A stretch of 40,942 nt of DNA, taken from positions 329,083-370,024 of the forward strand of contig WELB01000002.1 of assembly GCA_009602725.1 (NCBI GenBank), in the 5' to 3' direction. The notes under the pieces are model-generated. The model did no database searches, was not told the DNA's origin, and was given only the letters and a program-made list of their open reading frames with translations. Both the position numbers and the translations under genes were made by a program. Within the stretch, counting starts at the first letter, position 1; each line of letters opens with the position of its first letter. Below are positions 36,701-40,942 of the stretch, one piece after another. Source of the DNA: Spirogloea muscicola (Eukaryota).

Positions 36701-38530
36701 CACCGGACAAGTGCCAGGAGAATTCGGAGAATCTTTGAGCCTCCAATCCCTATACTTGGACTCCAATAGGTGGGTTGCCAGGATCATTGGTTGGCGGAAT
36801 AGTTGGTGGATTCATAAGCTAAATGATGCAAGTCTGCTTCTTTGTCTTGTCTCCAATTTAGTGATACTGCCGACGCGTTCAGTGCAGTGTCAATAGCTGA
36901 TGACACAAGGCAGCTAGAGAAACCAGCTGGCTGGTCGCTCAAAAGAAGTTGCTGCTCTTGATATCAGGCTCACAGGACAGATTCCTTCTCAACTTGGTCA
37001 GAACCAGGTCCTCCAGTATCTGTCACTCGCAGACAATCGGTAAGTATGATTCTCTACAGAATAAACATCCTGAGGTTGCTCTCATGATTGGGGCCTCTAT
37101 ACGCCGCCAGACATCTTTCCTGTGAATAGCCAACAAACATGATGTGTTACGTTGGTGCTGTCATCTCTCCAGCAATTCAATGGGCTGCTGCACCTACTAC
37201 CATTGCACTTTGTTGTCGTCAGCAATGTAGTGAAGGCATGCAGGGGTTAGCAAATGCAACTGGCACCTTACTGTCAGCTGTAACACCACTTGCAAATGTT
37301 GGTGACTATCCTTCCTGTCCAGGCTATCAGGAAACGTACCGTCTGCGCTCGGAAATTGCTCGCAGCTCCTAAGTCTCAACGTCTCCTTAAACAGGTGCAC
37401 TGTAGAGCATGAAAGAGTAATGGTCACTTTAGATACTGCAAGGTCACGGTGGCTTGCATATATTGGTGATTATCCTTCTTCTCCAGGCTGTCAGGAAGCA
37501 TACCATCAGCGCTCGGAAATTGCTCGCAGCTCCTTGATCTCGACATCTCCTTCAACAGGTATGCTCCAGAGCCTGAAGACTATTGGTGGCTTTGGTTACT
37601 CTGCATGGTTTGGTGGCTTTGCAGCATCCATCTTGGCAGAGGAAGATGATTACAACATCAAAGCTACACCTTCTTCCCTCGTAGTCATCTCCTTAGCTTC
37701 CTTCGGAAGAGTTGCTCTTTGACATTGCTTGACGCTCGTCTAGGTTGGTTGGGGCCATGCCTGTGGAGCTTGCGATGACTCAGATCGAGGTCCTCTATTT
37801 CGAGAACAACAGGTAGATACTTGCAAAACGTTTGCAACTTTACAATCAAGATGCCAGTCCCGTTGCCAGCTTGCTGCTCACTTCGCTTCCTGAGGCTGCA
37901 TCTGTGATGCGTTTGCTTGTGTGGCATTGTGGATTCCCAGTCTGACAGGACCTATTCCGAAGGAGTTTGGTCAGCTAGTCAATCTCACAGTCCTCTCTGC
38001 ATACAATAACAAGTATGCAACCTTTCTTGCAGAACATGCTGAAGTCGCGGTTGCACTGTCTGATCTAGCACAGGCAAATCACGCTATTATTGGCATTGCC
38101 AAGACCCTGAAGCCCCTTATGGTGCAGATGACGCAAGCTCTGTGCCATATGAGTGTTGCTGGGCCATTGAAGTGATGATGTGATAGTGATGTCCTCTGTA
38201 TGTTTTCAGCCTGACAGGCACTATACCTGCTGAAGTGGGAAGGACCTCCCTGACCGATTTGAAGCTCAGCAATAATTCGTATGTTTCTGGTAGACCTCTG
38301 TAGATGCATTGATCCTGATTAATGATGTCGTGAGCTGAAGCTTCCTGTAGTAAATGTCATACACAGTGAGAGTATGCATCATGCAGCCTGAAGCAAAGCA
38401 GCTGGATCCAACGCTCGGTAGCGAATGCCATCTGCTGATGACATGGTCCCTCCAGGTTGGAAGGCATCATTCCTTCTGAACTATGTGGCCCGGGTAGTAG
38501 ATTGACTCGTCTCTTCCTCGATTACAATGG
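30773..38530 (+). CDS. Secreted plant-type LRR protein ectodomain (receptor-like): signal peptide, LRRNT and about 26 LRRs over 27 exons; 3' end not found; one exon frameshifted
   Basis: Exon 1, 30773-30864: MAAAAGAAAAARGLVAVALLGCFAFAIGSLA. Exon 2, 31325-31468: SDKAALLAFKAGITNDPYSALANW..CGWFGIVC (LRRNT_2). Exon 3, 31742-31918, holds two LRRs. Then 24 single-LRR exons start at 32188, 32495, 32684, 32978, 33328, 33587, 33772, 34075, 34309, 34532, 34959, 35250, 35539, 35731, 36112, 36336, 36698, 36968, 37323, 37487, 37744, 37941, 38210 and 38456. Consensus LtGxIPxxLGxxxxLxxLxLxxN. Confidence 0.9.
30885..31125 (+). mobile_element. CRE-like 3' end fragment inside intron 1 of the LRR gene
   Basis: VSACLQRAQAHALHQKAGRVLAGGTRA plus the tail gcgggtcagcttagcagcaggtga..gcttgcctttgtacttggccac, homologous to 29605-29820. 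Confidence 0.8.
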
Positions 38531-38899
38531 GTGAGGTCACATGGCCTAGAACTCGTCTACCACTGTCTGTGATGAGCATTCCAAGGCGCTCCAGCGCAGC
38601 TCCACACAAAACAGCTAGACCTAGACCATATGCAGCTAGCTGTAGAGAGTTTAAAAAGTACACTCTTTCCAACAGTCAGCAGGTTCGCCCCGAGGCCCGC
38701 CTTGCGGCAGGCCAAAGGTCCTCCCTTGAACGGGTGGATCCTGGCGAGGGTATTTTAGCACGGGCGGGGCCCGCCTCTGGGCGGGGCACCTGCCCGGCAA
38801 GCCAGCCCGCCACCTGGCGGGCCACTTCTCCCAAATGGCCGGTCATGTAATGCCAACAGAGCCATGTGGCTTAACCAAACGGCTGTTTCATTACACAAC

Positions 38900-39915
38900 C
38901 ACTTTCTTTCTTAGCAGAGAAGGGCTCGCCCATTGAAATGGCCCATTGAGGATAGGGGCTGGAAAAGCCAGCGCTTCCCCTCGCCCCCTTCTCGTTCTTT
39001 GTTCATTCTTTTCTGGGCTGGCTTGTCCAGCCCCTATCCTCAAAAGGGGGAAAGAGAAGAGAAGGTAAGAGAAGTGATATAAAGTCTTCTCGAGTCAAAA
39101 AATCCTTAGGTGCTTTATTAGGCAGTTCTCCATTTTTTGCACAAACTACTTTACGTGGACAACAAGCGTATAACTTTTTTTGACAAATTTGCAACACTTG
39201 TCTTTTCATGATTGTCCTACGAATATTTCTGAAAAAACAATTCTTATTACTCTTTCTCGAGATATACTGCGATTGTTTCCGGAGATACAGAATTCTTTTG
39301 AACTTTTTGAATCTATGAAAGGAAGTTTGTATTTGACAGTTGTAACTTCAGCGAAAAGAAGAAAGGGCTCGCCCATAGAGAAGAGGGGCTGGCAAAGGAG
39401 AAAGAAGTGGTACTCCCAATGGGGGCAAGGGCTGCGAAAAGCCAGCCCAAAAGAATTGACAAAGGTTCGAAGGGGCCTAAGAGCGTTGAGCAGCTACAAG
39501 CAAAGCCAGCCCAAAAGAATAAACAATGTCCAAAGCCAAAGAATGAGATGCCGAAGAAGGACTACTCTACTCTTGTGTGCACTTGTGTGCTTCTTTCTTA
39601 GTGCTTCGCCTTAGTGCTTCGCCTGGCCCCCTTCTTCTTGGGTTTCTTGTACTCTGCTGATTCTTTTTTGGGCTGGCTGTTCCAGCTTCTATCCTCAATG
39701 GGCGAGCTCTTTCTTCTACTCTGGGCGAGCACATTCTTTCTACCAAACGCAACAACACGCTAGGGAAGCTCAATACCCACCAGGGAAAGGGGGGTGAGGA
39801 AGAAAGAAGATGTATTCGCGCCATAGAGAATAGGGATTGGGAAAGGCCAGCCCAAAAAAAGTGAACGAGGCGATGGCTGTGAAAGAAAGGGCTCGCCCAT
39901 AGAGAAAGAGAACAG
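38900..39915. repeat. Mixed-orientation cluster of double-hairpin modules
   Basis: gctcgcccattgaggataggggctggaaaagccag, gggctggcttgtccagcccc and aagccagcccaaaagaat..caatgtccaaagcc. 39585-39710 is an inverted copy of 27645-27775. Confidence 0.85.
39072..39356 (+). pseudogene. rpl5: Fragment of mitochondrial ribosomal protein L5 gene (probable NUMT), frameshifted
   Basis: AT-rich island. It translates as AQTTLRGQQAYNFF/DKFAT/LSFHDCPTNISEKTILITLSRDILRLFPEIQNSFELFESMKGSLYLTVVTSAK, which resembles the streptophyte mitochondrial Rpl5 C-terminus as recalled (TLRG..MYNF..LRLFPEIQ.HFEIFE..G..VTIVTSA). Frameshifts occur near 39175-39205. Confidence 0.8.
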
Positions 39916-39949
39916 CTCTTCCATTCTTAAGTGGCGCTCCTAACGGATC

Positions 39950-40707
39950 TGCGTGCTCTGCATCTGCGTGCTGGCCGTGCTCTCGCTGCGGCCTCCGGCT
40001 TTCGACGGGGATACTTTTCCGGCAGCTATTCTGTCGGATCTGAGGATCCTCACTCGTCACTACTGAGTGATCCATCCTCTTCCTGCTCTACCATACGCTC
40101 TCCGCGCTTCCGCTGTATGATGCCCTCCGGATGCCGGATGAGCTGTTCCGCACAGCCACCCATCGCCTGCTGGGCCTCCCCCCGCCCTGCCTGCTGGGCG
40201 TGCTGCAGTGCGAGTGTGGTGAGCGGTCAACGGACCCGACGGAGCTGGCGGCGCACATCCTCCGCTGCGCCACTGGAGGTGAACGTACAGCGGCTCACGA
40301 TCTTCTGCGCGATACCATGTTCGGCATCTTTCAAGAGGCTAACTACACGGTCGCAATGGAGAACGCCTCCGTCATGCCCATCCTCCCGAGGGCCGACGGA
40401 CTCCATACGCGCCGTGTCGACCTGGTGGCGTCCACGCCGGGCGGCGGCGCGCGCGTCATCGCCGACGTCGTCACCACCGATGTGGTCGACCGCTCCAAGC
40501 CGGGGCTCTCTGCTTCGCTGGCTGGCCATGCTGCGGCGAAGGCTGCTCGCAGCAAGGCGGCCAAGCACGCCAACCACCCGGCTACAGATGAATTCATTCC
40601 CCTGGCAGTGGACGTGCACGGGGCTCTCGGGTCCCAGTGGCTCGACCTACTGGCCAGGCTCGCGCGACGTGCTGTATCCCGCCGGCGCGGCGAACCGGCT
40701 GACTTTA
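39950..40707 (+). mobile_element. Head-to-tail CRE-like fragments (an element end followed by a 5'-truncated copy with CCHC and RLE motifs)
   Basis: ALHLRAGRALAAASGFRRG..SDLRILTRHY*, then DALRMPDELFRTATHRLLGL..CECG..HILRC..ERTAAHDLLRD..RRVDLV..IADVVTTD..AAAKAARSKAAKH..FIPLAVDVHGALG. Cut at about 40707 by a hairpin module. Confidence 0.88.
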
Positions 40708-40870
40708 AGAAAGAGAAGGAAGTGGCACTCCCAATGAAGAAAGGGCTCGCCCATTGAGGATAGGGGCTGGACAAGCCAGCCCAAAAAAGAATGAACAAAG
40801 AACGAGAAGGGGGCCAGAGGAAGCCAGAGGAAGCGCTAAGAAACCAAAGCACACAAAGAAAGAAAGCAGC
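40708..40870 (+). repeat. Double-hairpin module copy
   Basis: gggctcgcccattgaggataggggctggacaagccagcccaaaaaagaatga, near-identical to 27648-27698. Confidence 0.85.
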
Positions 40871-40942
40871 TACAAATTACTCAGTAACCCCTGCTAAGCA
40901 GCCGCAAATCAGAGAGGCTAGGGTCCTGGAAGTGGGTCCCCT

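Noticed and set aside
30773..38530. Naming the LRR gene ERECTA or SERK
   Set aside because: The exon style is similar, but no kinase is visible, the repeat count is higher and the repeats are internally duplicated. Orthology cannot be supported.

Overview
Eukaryotic, intron-rich genomic DNA with GT-AG introns, GC-rich exons and plant-type TTTAGGG/TTAGGG tracts. It is most likely from a streptophyte green alga (inference). Left 25 kb: housekeeping genes, namely RNA polymerase I second-largest subunit (+, 5' part outside the window), a 3-exon DUF1772 membrane protein (-), TFIIH p34/TFB4 (-), a cationic amino-acid transporter (-) and a partial POP1 (+) that collides head-to-head with the transporter. 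Right 16 kb: a patchwork of CRE-like RLE non-LTR retrotransposon 3' fragments interleaved with arrays of a double-hairpin repeat, one of which flanks a decayed mitochondrial rpl5 fragment. It also holds a secreted plant-type LRR gene built from 24 consecutive one-repeat, phase-2 micro-exons. That exon array shows a block duplication, single-exon duplications, one frameshifted exon and divergence concentrated on the ligand-facing residues. It is the best candidate here for a modular receptor-diversification system. All gene models were read by eye; no searches were run.
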